48,336 bases of DNA from a virus (lineage: Duplodnaviria > Heunggongvirae > Uroviricota > Caudoviricetes), in IMG/VR virus record IMGVR_UViG_2874968258_000013; one strand, written 5' to 3'. Under the pieces are notes generated by a model. The model did not search any database, was not told where the DNA came from, and saw only the letters and a program-made list of their open reading frames with translations. A program made the position numbers and the translations under genes. Each line of letters begins with the position of its first letter. Positions within the stretch are counted from its first letter, which is position 1. Positions 22,301-36,558 of the stretch are shown here, piece after piece.

Positions 22301-22654
22301 TCAGCGGCGACGGTTAACGGCAGGCGGTACGCCCCGTCCAAGCCAGAGATGACAACTTCCGCCATCATCCGGCGAAACCCGATCTACCCAGAAATTTTCC
22401 TCACCGATGGTCAGCGTGTCTCCACGCCGCAGCTGCCGCACCTCATCAGTCCGGACAAACAGGGACGGGCTGGAGCCTTCAACGCGCACGCCCTGTCCGG
22501 CATAGCTGATATTTTCAGGGTCATCAAAAACACCACGTATCACCGCACCTGACTGCTCACCGGATGTCATGGTGGCTGACGTTCCCATGTACCCGCGTAT
22601 CGTTTCATCGGCGCGGGCAATGGCAGCATCGAACAGGTTATCGAAATCAGCCAC
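22301..22654 (-). CDS. FII: head-tail joining protein FII
   Basis: 117 aa, lambda FII-like. Confidence 0.88.
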   Translation of the reverse strand: MADFDNLFDAAIARADETIRGYMGTSATMTSGEQSGAVIRGVFDDPENISYAGQGVRVEGSSPSLFVRTDEVRQLRRGDTLTIGEENFWVDRVSPDDGGSCHLWLGRGVPPAVNRRR

Positions 22655-22665
22655 AGCGCCTCCCG

Positions 22666-23064
22666 TTATTGCATTCTGGCCAGGCCGCGCTCTGTCATTT
22701 CGGCTGCCACACCGGCAGAGACACGAAACGCCGTTCCCGGCAGCACAAATGCCACAGGTTTATCCCGCGTGGCGTGAAGTGCATCAGTATGCAGCGTCAC
22801 CAGTGCCACGACCGTGACCAGTTCAGCCGTATCCTGAATCACGGTATCCGGCTGCGCTGATACCACCTCATTTTCATGCCCGGTCAGCACATTTTCCCGG
22901 CTGAGAGGGGTGTCCTGACCGGCAGTTTCATCCGTGTCATCAAGCTCTTCTTCCAGCTCTGCCACACGAAGCGCCAGTTCTTCTTTCGTTCCCGTCAAAC
23001 TGACATCGCGGTTCAATTGCTCACCCAGCTCCTGAAGACGGGCAATCAGTTCATCTTTCGTCAT
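22666..23064 (-). CDS. FI: DNA packaging protein FI
   Basis: 132 aa from MTKDELIARL, lambda FI-like. Confidence 0.88.
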   Translation of the reverse strand: MTKDELIARLQELGEQLNRDVSLTGTKEELALRVAELEEELDDTDETAGQDTPLSRENVLTGHENEVVSAQPDTVIQDTAELVTVVALVTLHTDALHATRDKPVAFVLPGTAFRVSAGVAAEMTERGLARMQ

Positions 23065-23105
23065 GAACTCCTCCACAGAGAGAAAATGGCCCCGAAGGGC
23101 CATGA

Positions 23106-24131
23106 TTACGCCAGTTGAACGGACACGAACTCATCAGGATCAGCCAGCAGCATCAGCGGTGCTGACTGAATCATGGTGAACTCACGCGCCGGATCGCCGG
23201 TGGTCACCCAGTTTTTCGGGTAACGGGCAGAGGCGTTAATGCCTTCGCGCTGTGCGTCCGCATCCTGAATGCAGCCATAGGTGCGCAGACCGCGAGCCTG
23301 AGTGTTCCCCAGCACCATCGTGTTGTCCGGCAGGAAGTTCTTTTTGACGCCGTTTTCCACGTACTGTCCGGAATACACGACGATGGCCACATCGCCATAC
23401 ATTCCCTTATAGGACACCGCTTTGCCCAGGTCTTTTACCGCTGTCTCCAGCTCGGAATGAGAGCCGCGACGGGTATCCAGCTTCTCCTTGACGGCTTTGA
23501 AGGAACGGAACAGCGCCCAGCCTTTCGGGTCAAACACGATGATATTCACCACACCGCTGGCGTTCAGCGCGTAGGCTTCGATATCGTCGGTCGGGTCATA
23601 CGTGGACTTGTCACGCTTGCTCCACTCCGTGACGCCGGACTGTGTGATGTTGTTCGCCGCACTGCGGCCCATATCCACCTCAACCGGATCGAAGGCTTCA
23701 CCGGTCATGGTGTATTTGCCCTTGAGCACGGCAGAAACTGCCTGCATCTCTTCGACCTGAGCAATGGCCAGCTCTTCGTCACGCATGTTCTGCATGATGA
23801 TGCGACGGCGGCGGTAAGCCGGGTCCGCCAGATTCTGCGGATCTTCATCCGGCAGGCGACGCAGGGTCATCTGCGGATTCACCTCATGCTTGGGTTTGAC
23901 ATATCCCGGCGTAAATTCAGAGGTGGAGCCGCCACGGGAACGGATAACCTCACCGGAAACAATCGGCGAAACGTACAGCGCCATGTTTACCAGTCCCGGA
24001 ATTTGTGAGAGATAGACTTTCTCCGTAGTGAAGGGATAGCTCTCACGGAAAAAGAGACGCAGAAACAGCGGATCAAACTTAAATTTCTGCTCATTTGCCG
24101 CCAGCAGCTGGGCGGTTGTGTACATCGACAT
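23106..24131 (-). CDS. E: major capsid protein E
   Basis: 341 aa from MSMYTTAQLLAANEQ, lambda E-like. Confidence 0.93.
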   Translation of the reverse strand: MSMYTTAQLLAANEQKFKFDPLFLRLFFRESYPFTTEKVYLSQIPGLVNMALYVSPIVSGEVIRSRGGSTSEFTPGYVKPKHEVNPQMTLRRLPDEDPQNLADPAYRRRRIIMQNMRDEELAIAQVEEMQAVSAVLKGKYTMTGEAFDPVEVDMGRSAANNITQSGVTEWSKRDKSTYDPTDDIEAYALNASGVVNIIVFDPKGWALFRSFKAVKEKLDTRRGSHSELETAVKDLGKAVSYKGMYGDVAIVVYSGQYVENGVKKNFLPDNTMVLGNTQARGLRTYGCIQDADAQREGINASARYPKNWVTTGDPAREFTMIQSAPLMLLADPDEFVSVQLA

Positions 24132-24186
24132 AAAAAAATCCCGTAAAAAAAGCCGCACAGGCGGCCTTTAGTGATGAAGGGTAAAG

Positions 24187-24519
24187 TTAAACGATGCTGA
24201 TTGCCGTTCCGGCAAACACGGTCCGTTTTTTCGTCTCGTCGCTGGCAGCCTCCGGCCAGAGCACATCCTCATAACGGAACGTGCCGGACTTGTAGAACGT
24301 CAGTGTGGTGCTGGTCTGGTCAGCAGCAACCGCAAGAATGCCAACGGCAGCACCGTCGGTGGTGCCATCCCACGCAACCAGCTTACGGGTGGAGGTGTCC
24401 AGCATCAGCGGGGTCATTGCAGGCGCTTTCGCACTCAATCCGCCGGGCGCGGTTGCGGTATGAGCCGGGTCACTATTGCCCAGCGGCTGGTAATGGGTAA
24501 AGGTTTCTTTGCTCGTCAT
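24187..24519 (-). CDS. D: head decoration protein D
   Basis: 110 aa from [12 protein letters not shown], lambda D-like. Confidence 0.92.
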   Translation of the reverse strand: MTSKETFTHYQPLGNSDPAHTATAPGGLSAKAPAMTPLMLDTSTRKLVAWDGTTDGAAVGILAVAADQTSTTLTFYKSGTFRYEDVLWPEAASDETKKRTVFAGTAISIV

Positions 24520-24528
24520 AAACATCCC

Positions 24529-25828
24529 TTACACTGGTGTGTTCAGCAAATCGTTAACGGCATCAGATGCCGGGTTACCTGCAGCCAGCGGTGCCGGTGC
24601 CCCCTGCATCAGACGATCCAGCGCAGTGTCACTGCGCGTCTGTGCACTCTGTGGTGCTGCGGCCAGAATACGGCGGGCCGTTTCCACGGTCATACCGGGG
24701 GTTTCGGCCAGCACGCGTGCCTGTTCTTCGCGTCCGTGAGCCTCCTCACAGTTGAGGATCCCCATAATGCGACTGTTTTCTGCCGCAACCGCTGCGGTGA
24801 TCTGCGCGTTCACGTCCGGCTGCGCCGCGCTGGCGTTCTCGCCCTCCGTCGCTTGCACCACGCCAGTAACGTCAGCCTGCGAAGCAGTGGCTGAAACAGT
24901 TGTTGATTGAGTCTCTTTGGTCATTCGCCCTCCTGAGAGACGGGATTTACGTGCATCCAGTGCATCACGCATGACGGTGATCGCATCGGTACTGTTAACA
25001 AGTTCATCAGCCAGTCCGGCATCAATGGCCTCCTGACCGCTGTACACTGCAGCCTCGGTATCCAGCACAGCCTGCACGGACAGGCCGGTATATGCCGACA
25101 CCTTCTGTGCAAACATCCGGCGGGTTGCATCCATCCGGGACTGCAATGTTTCCCGGACATCATCCGGTAGATGGCTGTAGGGGTTGCCATCCACCTTATG
25201 GCTGCCGCTGTAAATCAGCGTGATTTCCACGCCCTGTTTCTCCAGTGCAGCGCCGTAATTACTGTGAGCCATCATGACGCCGATGGAGCCTGTCCGGGCG
25301 GTCTGCGTGACCAGACGCCGGGAGGCGGCACTGGCAAGCAGCTGACCTGCGCTGCAGTTCATGTCATTGGCCAGCGCCCATACCGGCTTTATGTCACGCA
25401 CACGGGCGATGATGTCAGCGCAGTCAAATGCTCCCGCCACCATTCCGCCCGGTGTGTCCATATCGAGCAGAATGCCGTCCACCATCGGGTCGCTGGCAGC
25501 CTGTTGCAGAAGGGCAATAATGCCGTTGTAACCGGTCATCCCCGAGTACGGCTGCAGCGCCCGCGTCCGGCTGACCAGCGTGCCGGACACCGGCAGCACG
25601 GCGATGCCGTTCATTACCTGATAACTGCGGGCCTGTCGTGGTCCGTCATCATCACCGGATAACGCCAGCGCCGCGGGTGCCTCTCCGGCAGTCAGGCTGT
25701 CGCCGGATACTGCATCCGTCAGGCAGCTGATCCCAAGCTGGCCTGCAAGCGCACAAAAGAAAACCCGCGCATAGGCGGGTTCAAGCATCAGCGGCTCATT
25801 AAAAGCCATGCTGGCAATATGCGGGAGA

Positions 25829-25848
<20 letters not shown>
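24529..25848 (-). CDS. C: head maturation protease/scaffold C (with nested Nu3 scaffold frame)
   Basis: 439 aa lambda C-like; codon at the conserved start position is GTG here. Confidence 0.85.
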
Positions 25849-29529
<3,681 letters not shown>

Positions 29530-29555
<26 letters not shown>

Positions 29556-30075
29556 TCAGCAACCCCGGTATCAGTTCATCCAGCGCGGCTGCTTTGTTCA
29601 TGGCTTTGATGATATCCCGTTTCAGGAAATCAACATGTCGGTTTTCCAGTTCCGGAAAACGCCGCTGCACCGACAGGGGGATCCCGTCGAGAATACTGGC
29701 AATTTCACCTGCGATCCGCGACAGCACGAAAGTACAGAATGCGGTTTCCACCACTTCAGCGGAGTCTCTGGCATTTTTCAGCTCCTGTGCGTCGGCCTGC
29801 GCACGCGTAAGTCGATGGCGTTCGTACTCAATAGTCCCTGGCTGGAGATCTGTCTCGCTGGCCTGCCGCAGTTCTTCAACTTCCCGGCGCAGCTTTTCGT
29901 TCTCAATTTCAGCATCCCTTTCGGCATACCATCTTATAACGGCGGCAGAGTCATAAAGCACCTCATTACCCTTGCCACCGCCTCGCAGAACGGGCATTCC
30001 CTGTTCCTGCCAGTTCTGAATGGTACGGATACTCGCACCGAAAATGTCAGCCAGCTGCTTTTTGTTGACTTCCAT
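29530..30075 (-). CDS. nu1: terminase small subunit Nu1
   Basis: 181 aa MEVNKKQLADIFGASIRTIQNWQEQGMPV, lambda Nu1-like. Confidence 0.93.
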
Positions 30076-30079
30076 TGTT

Positions 30080-30270
30080 CATTCCACGGACAAAAACAGA
30101 GAAAGGAAACGACAGAGGCCAAAAAGCCCGTTTTCAGCACCTGTCGTTTCCTTTCTTTTCAGGGGGTGTTTTAAATAAAAACATTAGGTTACGGCGAAGA
30201 AGAACGGAAACGCCTTAAACCGGAAAATTGTCATAAATAGCGAAAACCCGCGCGCCTTCCGCCCCGTAAC
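30080..30270 (-). other. cos site region (cosB plus cosN-like core at 30253-30264)
   Basis: minus-strand sequence GTTACG-GGGCGGAAGGCG-CGCGGGTTTTCGCTATTTATGA... colinear with recalled lambda cos; right half of the 12-nt core differs. Confidence 0.7.
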
Positions 30271-30463
30271 CTGTCGGATCGCCGGAAAGGACCCGCAGAA
30301 TGATAATAATTATCATCTACATGTCACAACGTGCATCTACGCCATCAAACCACGTCAAATAATCAATTATGACGCAGGTATCGTATTAATTGATCTGCAT
30401 CAACTTAACGTAAAAACAACTTCAGACAATACAAATCAGCGACACTGAATACAGGGCAACCTC

Positions 30464-30697
30464 ATGTCAACGAAGAACAGAACCCGCAGAACAACAACCC
30501 GCAACATCCGCTTTCCTAACCAAATGATTGAACAAATTAACATCGCTCTTGTTCAAAAAGGGTCCGGGAATTTCTCAGCCTGGGTCATTGAAGCCTGCCG
30601 CCGGAGACTGTGCTCAGAAAAAAGAGTTTCGCCTGAAGCAAACAAAGAAAAGAGTGACATTACTGAATTGCTCAGAAAACAGGTTAGACCAGATTGA
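30464..30697 (+). CDS. ribbon-helix-helix (Arc/CopG-like) DNA-binding protein, lambda right-end ORF homolog
   Basis: 77 aa; N-terminal region recalled as matching the ORF at the right end of lambda (complementary strand). Confidence 0.6.
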   Translation: MSTKNRTRRTTTRNIRFPNQMIEQINIALVQKGSGNFSAWVIEACRRRLCSEKRVSPEANKEKSDITELLRKQVRPD

Positions 30698-30739
30698 AGC
30701 AATTTAGATAATCGTGCAGACTACGCCCCCTCATATCAC

Positions 30740-31165
30740 ATGGAAGGTACTACAATGGCTCAGGTTGCCATTTTTAAACAAATATTCGATAAAGTGCGAA
30801 ATAATTTAAACTATCACTGGTTTTATTCTGAACTAAAACGTCACAATGTCTCACATTACATTTACTATTTAGCCACAGAGAATATTCATCTTGTTCTTGA
30901 AAACGATAATACGGTTTTAATAAAAGGACAGGGTAAGGTTGTAAATGTAAGATTTTCAAAAAATAAATGCCTTATAGAAGCCACCTTAAAAGGATTCAAA
31001 TCAGGAGAGTTATCATTTTACGAATACAGGAAAAATCTTGCTACAGCAGGGGTTTTCAGATGGATTACAAATATCCACGAAAACAAAAGGTATTACTATA
31101 CCTTTGATAATTCATTACTCTTTACTGAGAACATACAGAACACTACACAAATATTTCCGCACTAA
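30740..31165 (+). CDS. hypothetical prophage protein (possibly YbcV/DUF1398-like)
   Basis: 141-aa AT-rich ORF between cos and lysis genes; family assignment is a guess from position. Confidence 0.4.
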   Translation: MEGTTMAQVAIFKQIFDKVRNNLNYHWFYSELKRHNVSHYIYYLATENIHLVLENDNTVLIKGQGKVVNVRFSKNKCLIEATLKGFKSGELSFYEYRKNLATAGVFRWITNIHENKRYYYTFDNSLLFTENIQNTTQIFPH

Positions 31166-31344
31166 ATCATAACGTCCGGTTTCTTCCGTGCCAGAACCGG
31201 ACTCGCTGGCATGATGAAATATGTGTACCCGGTAACCCCGGTGTGCATCGTTTTTGATTATTCCCGCACACTCGCGCAGAAGGAGTTCCCCGTCGGGCTA
31301 CGGTCTCTGTTAATACGGGAATACGGCGACGATTGGATTTGCCC

Positions 31345-32250
31345 CTATATTTCCAGACATCTGTTATCACTTAACCCATTACAAGCCCGCTGCCGCAGAT
31401 ATTCCCGTGGCGAGCGATAACCCAGCGCACTATGCGGATGCCATTCGTTATAATGCTCGAACGCCTCTGCAAGGTTCTTTGCTGCCGTTAACCCGTCTGG
31501 TTTGGGCATGATACTGATGTAGTCACGCTTTATCGTTTTCACGAAGCTCTCTGCTATTCCGTTACTCTCCGGACTCCGCACCGCCGTGTTCTTCGGTTCA
31601 AGTCCCAACATCCGGGCGAACTGGCGTGTTTCATTAGCCCGGTAGCATGAACCATTATCCGTCAGCCACTCCACTGGAGACGACGGAAGATCGTTGCCGA
31701 AGCGGCGTTCCACCGCTCCCAGCATGACGTCCTGTACTGTTTCACTGTTGAAGCCGCCGGTAGTCACCGCCCAGTGCAGTGCCTCACGATCACAGCAGTC
31801 CAGCGCGAACGTGACACGCAGTCTCTCTCCGTTATCACAGCAGAACTCGAACCCGTCAGAGCACCATCGCTGATTGCTTTCTTTCACGGCCACTCTGCCT
31901 GTATGTGCCCGTTTCGATGGCGGTACAGCAGGTTTTCGCTCAAGCAACAGCGCATTCTGGCGCATGATCCGGTAAACACGTTTGGCATTGATCGCAGGCA
32001 TACCATCAAGTTCTGCCTGTCTGCGAAGCAGCGCCCATACCCGACGATAACCATACGTGGGCAGCTCTCCGATAACATGGTGTATACGGAGAAGCACATC
32101 CGTATCATCAGTGTGACGACTGCGGCGGCCATCCATCCAGTCATCGGTTCGTCTGAGAATGACGTGCAACTGCGCACGCGACACCCGGAGACAACGGCTG
32201 ACTAAGCTTACTCCCCATCCCCGGGCAATAAGGGCGCGTGCGCTATCCAC
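31345..32250 (-). CDS. insD: IS2 transposase OrfB (InsD)
   Basis: 301 aa DDE transposase, overlaps insC in -1 frame. Confidence 0.92.
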
Positions 32251-32618
32251 TTTTTTGCCCGTCCATATTCAACGGCTTCTTTGAGGAGTTCATTTTCCAT
32301 CGTTTTCTTGCCGAGCAGGCGCTGGAGTTCTTTAATCTGCTTCATGGCGGCAGCAAGTTCAGAGGCAGGAACAACCTGTTCTCCGGCGGCGACAGCAGTA
32401 AGACTTCCTTCCTGGTATTGCTTACGCCAGAGAAATAACTGGCTGGCTGCTACACCATGTTGCCGGGCAACGAGGGAGACCGTCATCCCCGGTTCAAAGC
32501 TCTGCTGAACAATTGCGATCTTTTCCTGTGTGGTACGCCGTCTGCGTTTCTCCGGCCCTAAGACATCAATCATCTGTACTCCAATGACTAGTCTAAAAAC
32601 TAGTATTAAGACTATCAC
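32208..32618 (-). CDS. insC: IS2 transposase OrfA (InsC)
   Basis: 136 aa [24 protein letters not shown]... Confidence 0.92.
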
Positions 32619-33089
32619 TTATTTAAGTGATACTGGTTGTCTGGAGATTCAGGGGGCCAGTCTAACGATACAGCGCATGATGTGTCAGGCTTGAATACCT
32701 TTATCCTTTAAAAGGGATATCAGTTAAGTTATCCCGTGTAGGGTATAAGCCATTATCAAAGCCACTCTGTAGGGAATGGCTTTTGTGATGGCATCACTTA
32801 CTCTTTACGCTGCTATCCCACTCATCCCGGAATTTTGATGGGTTATTGAAACCTTCTGCTGACATAACAACTCCTTCAATGTTTGGCTGAAATTGGGATG
32901 TCTTTCCATCAGTCCGCCACCACAAAGAATCTTTTTTGCCATAAGGCAGGAGGTTCATCTTTCAGTGGCTGCCGGTGTTATTTCCCCACTTACTGGCTTG
33001 GGTTGTTTCGTGGTACTGCCGTTAACTGGTGGCCCAGAATAAATTCCGGTTTCATTATCAAGCCCACCCGTAAATGGGCTTTGTAATGG

Positions 33090-33347
33090 CTACTTCGCTT
33101 TTGCTTCCGCTCGCTTACGCCGGCGCTCTTCTTTCCTCTCGGCTTTTGCCATGTCCATGAATGCCTGCATGATCGAGTTCCGCATCATGTAGCTAACAAA
33201 GTGATGATTGACACAGCCGTTGAGGCGCAGCTGCTCGCCAAACTCATCCACCGAGGCCAATGCTTCCATCATGCCCTTCTCGCCTTTCATGAACTCTGAG
33301 AAGTCGCGCCCCGCTCTGGAGGCGCATTCAATAACATGATCACTCAT
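33090..33347 (-). CDS. hypothetical protein translationally coupled to the KilA-N gene
   Basis: 85 aa, basic C-terminus; ATGA stop/start overlap with upstream gene. Confidence 0.45.
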   Translation of the reverse strand: MSDHVIECASRAGRDFSEFMKGEKGMMEALASVDEFGEQLRLNGCVNHHFVSYMMRNSIMQAFMDMAKAERKEERRRKRAEAKAK

Positions 33348-33841
33348 CCCGGAAGCCCGGGGATCGTAATCTGCAGCTGGTTAGCCAGGGAGTTAATCTC
33401 AGCGACCAACACTGGCTTCGTATAGCGCCATGCTGCCAGCCCTTGTCCGCAGAAGCTCGCCATGTCTTTCTTCTGGTCAAATTCATGACATTTCATGTTG
33501 AGCTGCGCACTTAAGCTGTTGCGATGCTGAAGTTCTCCGGTGAAGTAGTCATCGAGGACTTTATAGGCCGCGTACTTGAACCCGGGGTTTAACCAAGCCG
33601 CATAATCGTAAGCAACAAACTTCCCGCCATATGTTCCACCGTGTACACCGCGCTCAGTAAAAACCACAGATTCGTGGTTTTTCTCCAGCTCGGCTAAGAA
33701 CTCTTTGGTCTGCTTGTTTCGCAGGTAGTGGTAAGGCGATTCAGATTCACTTTTACCACTGGCTTTCCACATATCAGTGAGGCAGATCATGCCATCTTCA
33801 CCGATACGAATTGGTTGATTGAAGAGGGTTAATGATTTCAT
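33344..33841 (-). CDS. KilA-N domain protein
   Basis: 165 aa; IRIGEDGMICLTDMWKASGK...TKEFLAEL pattern typical of KilA-N. Confidence 0.6.
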   Translation of the reverse strand: MKSLTLFNQPIRIGEDGMICLTDMWKASGKSESESPYHYLRNKQTKEFLAELEKNHESVVFTERGVHGGTYGGKFVAYDYAAWLNPGFKYAAYKVLDDYFTGELQHRNSLSAQLNMKCHEFDQKKDMASFCGQGLAAWRYTKPVLVAEINSLANQLQITIPGLPG

Positions 33842-34042
33842 AGCGTGTACCTACTCTTTGAAATGAACCTTTGCCGCACAGGAAACCAGCCCACCGAGGC
33901 TCGCCAGCACTAACTGGTATCCTCAAAGGCCCATTCCAAAGGGGCAGGTTCGGTGTAAAAAACATGCGTTGCGGTACGCATTTATTGCAAAAAGCCCCGC
34001 ATCGCGAGGCTCATTAAATGGACTTTGTGATTTGCAAAAAAA

Positions 34043-34501
34043 TTATTTCAGGCATTGCGTCCTGATGTATTCCTGCAGGTAGTTAACCTGCGCGGTTATC
34101 TTGTCGATTCCACTTCGGAGACGGTAATAATTGAGTTCAGCATCTGCTGTAAGTCCTGGGCTTTCTCCATCGCCCATGCCGCTGGCTCCGGTCGTTGACT
34201 TTGCACAGGTGGCGGCGACTTGCAGGCGCTTACGCCCAGCAGAAACATCAGCACGGAGACTTTCGATAGTCGCGTTAGCATCAGCAAGCTCCTTTATGTA
34301 TCTTGCGTCGAGTTCTGCTACATCACGTTGACGCTTCCGCATGTCAGCGATGGTGGCGTTCGCCTTCTCCAGTTCACTGGCCTTGTTATCGCGCTGCTCT
34401 TTGTAGGCGATTGCGTTATCACGGTAATGATTAACAGCCAATGACAGGCAGACGATGATGCAGATAACCAGAGCGGAGATAATCGCGGTTACTCTGCTCA
34501 T
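34043..34501 (-). CDS. Rz: i-spanin Rz
   Basis: 152 aa from [20 protein letters not shown]; N-terminal TM plus coiled coil; overlaps R stop. Confidence 0.88.
   Translation of the reverse strand: MSRVTAIISALVICIIVCLSLAVNHYRDNAIAYKEQRDNKASELEKANATIADMRKRQRDVAELDARYIKELADANATIESLRADVSAGRKRLQVAATCAKSTTGASGMGDGESPGLTADAELNYYRLRSGIDKITAQVNYLQEYIRTQCLK
34096..34287 (-). CDS. Rz1: o-spanin Rz1 (embedded in Rz, +1 frame)
   Basis: 63-aa ORF with lipobox LLGVSAC and Pro-rich region nested inside Rz. Confidence 0.75.
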   Translation of the reverse strand: MLMLTRLSKVSVLMFLLGVSACKSPPPVQSQRPEPAAWAMEKAQDLQQMLNSIITVSEVESTR

Positions 34502-34995
34502 TGTTTCCCCCACAAACAGACTTCACGCTCAATCTCACGGCGAGTCATCAGTCCTTTCCATTGATTACCGCCAGCGTATGTCCAGCGCCGTAGCTGATCA
34601 CATGCGCCTTTAATATCACCCTGGTTTATTTTGCGAAGAAGCGTCGATGTTCTGAAATTGCCAGCACCCACGTTGTAGACGAACGAGTAAAGAGCGCAGC
34701 GCGTTGTTTCCGGTATATCGACTTTGATGTACGGGTTAATTTGTCTGGCGACAGTGGCAAGGTCTTTATTCAGGAGGGCTTTGCACTCTGCTTCGGTATA
34801 CGTTTTACCGGGAATGATGTCTTTTCCTGTATGCCCGTAACATACAGTCCATACACCAACTATGTCTTTGTAAGGATTATGTCTCACACCTTCCAGACCA
34901 TCGTTACCACCTGGGCCAGTGATTAACACAGATGCTATAGCAATAGCCCCGCCACCAATAGCAGCAGCAACAGCTTTTCGTAATGATGGAGGCAT
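34498..34995 (-). CDS. R: SAR endolysin (phage lysozyme, phage-21 R-like)
   Basis: 165 aa; N-terminal Gly/Ala-rich signal-anchor-release segment followed by lysozyme domain. Confidence 0.85.
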   Translation of the reverse strand: MPPSLRKAVAAAIGGGAIAIASVLITGPGGNDGLEGVRHNPYKDIVGVWTVCYGHTGKDIIPGKTYTEAECKALLNKDLATVARQINPYIKVDIPETTRCALYSFVYNVGAGNFRTSTLLRKINQGDIKGACDQLRRWTYAGGNQWKGLMTRREIEREVCLWGKQ

Positions 34996-35210
34996 TATCC
35001 ACCTCTCGCAGCCTTGCGCTTATCTTCTTTAATCTTGAAATAAAGGTTTGTCAGGTACGTCAGCAGGCCAAATACCAGGCTACCCAGCACTCCAATTGCC
35101 GCCCACTGTGAGGGCGTGACTTTATCTAGCAGCTGTAAAAACCAGTACCCGGCACTACCTGCTGAGGTGCCATAGGCGACACCCGTTGTTAACTTATCCA
35201 TGGATTTCAT
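34995..35210 (-). CDS. S: pinholin (phage-21 S21-like holin)
   Basis: 71 aa [26 protein letters not shown]..., two TM segments, basic C-terminus. Confidence 0.85.
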
Positions 35211-35321
35211 AACCCCACCTCGCAGACAAAGCGGGTGTAAATTGAGGGAATACTACGAAACGTAACAGACTCGGAGTCAGTGAATAACTCAGGTATTGGG
35301 TTATCAGCTAATATCGAGACT

Positions 35322-35345
35322 CAAAAAATGGAAAAACCCGCTCGA
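35322..35345 (-). terminator. tR'-like rho-independent terminator upstream of S
   Basis: minus-strand AAACCCGCCGTCGAGCGGGTTTTT hairpin about 115 bp upstream of S start. Confidence 0.55.
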
Positions 35346-35455
35346 CGGCGGGTTTAAGCTGTGTGACGAAGTAACCACTCTTAACAGCATAACCAATTTT
35401 GGTGATGCTGCCAACTTACTGATTTAGTGTATGATGGTGTTTTTGAGGTGCTCCA

Positions 35456-35731
35456 GTGGCTTCTGTTTCTATCAGCTGTCCCTCCTGTTCAGCTACTGAC
35501 GGGGTGGTGCGTAACGGCAAAAGCACTGCCGGACATCAGCGCTATCTCTGCTCTCACTGCCGTAAAACATGGCAACTGCAGTTCACTTACACCGCTTCTC
35601 AACCCGGTACGCACCAGAAAATCATTGATATGGCCATGAATGGCGTTGGATGCCGGGCAACTGCACGCATTATGGGCGTTGGCCTCAACACGATTTTACG
35701 TCACTTAAAAAACTCAGGCCGCAGTCGGTAA
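35456..35731 (+). CDS. insA: IS1 InsA
   Basis: 91-aa ORF within IS1. Confidence 0.92.
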
Positions 35732-36153
35732 CCTCGCGCATACAGCCGGGCAGTGACGTCATCGTCTGCGCGGAAATGGACGAACAGTGGGGCTATGTCG
35801 GGGCTAAATCGCGCCAGCGCTGGCTGTTTTACGCGTATGACAGTCTCCGGAAGACGGTTGTTGCGCACGTATTCGGTGAACGCACTATGGCGACGCTGGG
35901 GCGTCTTATGAGCCTGCTGTCACCCTTTGACGTGGTGATATGGATGACGGATGGCTGGCCGCTGTATGAATCCCGCCTGAAGGGAAAGCTGCACGTAATC
36001 AGCAAGCGATATACGCAGCGAATTGAGCGGCATAACCTGAATCTGAGGCAGCACCTGGCACGGCTGGGACGGAAGTCGCTGTCGTTCTCAAAATCGGTGG
36101 AGCTGCATGACAAAGTCATCGGGCATTATCTGAACATAAAACACTATCAATAA
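35650..36153 (+). CDS. insB: IS1 InsB
   Basis: 167-aa ORF within IS1. Confidence 0.9.
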
Positions 36154-36558
36154 GTTGGAGTCATTACCCCAATTTTTTACGTACGTAAACCACTAAATGA
36201 TATTTGCGAGAATGCTACCGAGTATTGAAAACACCACTACAAATACATAAGCAAATCCCAACAAATAACCAACAAATAATTTCCAGTGTTATTTTTAGCC
36301 GGTTTAAATTGAACCTTCAAATTATAGAGCACTTATAAATAACAGCCGTTAATATAAATTGGCTAATAGATTTATTTTTATTCAGCCAAGAGCCATGAAT
36401 AGGATTCGATAGAAAAAAGTTCAGATAAAAATAGAGATCTACTTCACAAATCAAACGAGAAACCAAAACTTACATCTTGAAATAATCACATTGATTAGAT
36501 GAATATTTATCGCGCAGTGACATCATTTTTTAATAATAGTTCAAAAAAAGGGCTCACG

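Larger units (their letters stand above)
31334..32664 (-). mobile_element. IS2 (1331 bp) with 5-bp target duplication ACGAT
   Basis: IS2 termini read directly; ACGAT at 31329-31333 and 32665-32669. Confidence 0.93.
35401..36168 (+). mobile_element. IS1 copy 2 (768 bp) with 8-bp target duplication CCAATTTT
   Basis: IS1 termini read directly; CCAATTTT at 35393-35400 and 36169-36176. Confidence 0.93.

Noticed and set aside
32665-33089. Search for a Bor-like lipoprotein gene between IS2 and the KilA-N pair
   Set aside because: Hand translation of both strands gave only short ORFs without a lipobox.
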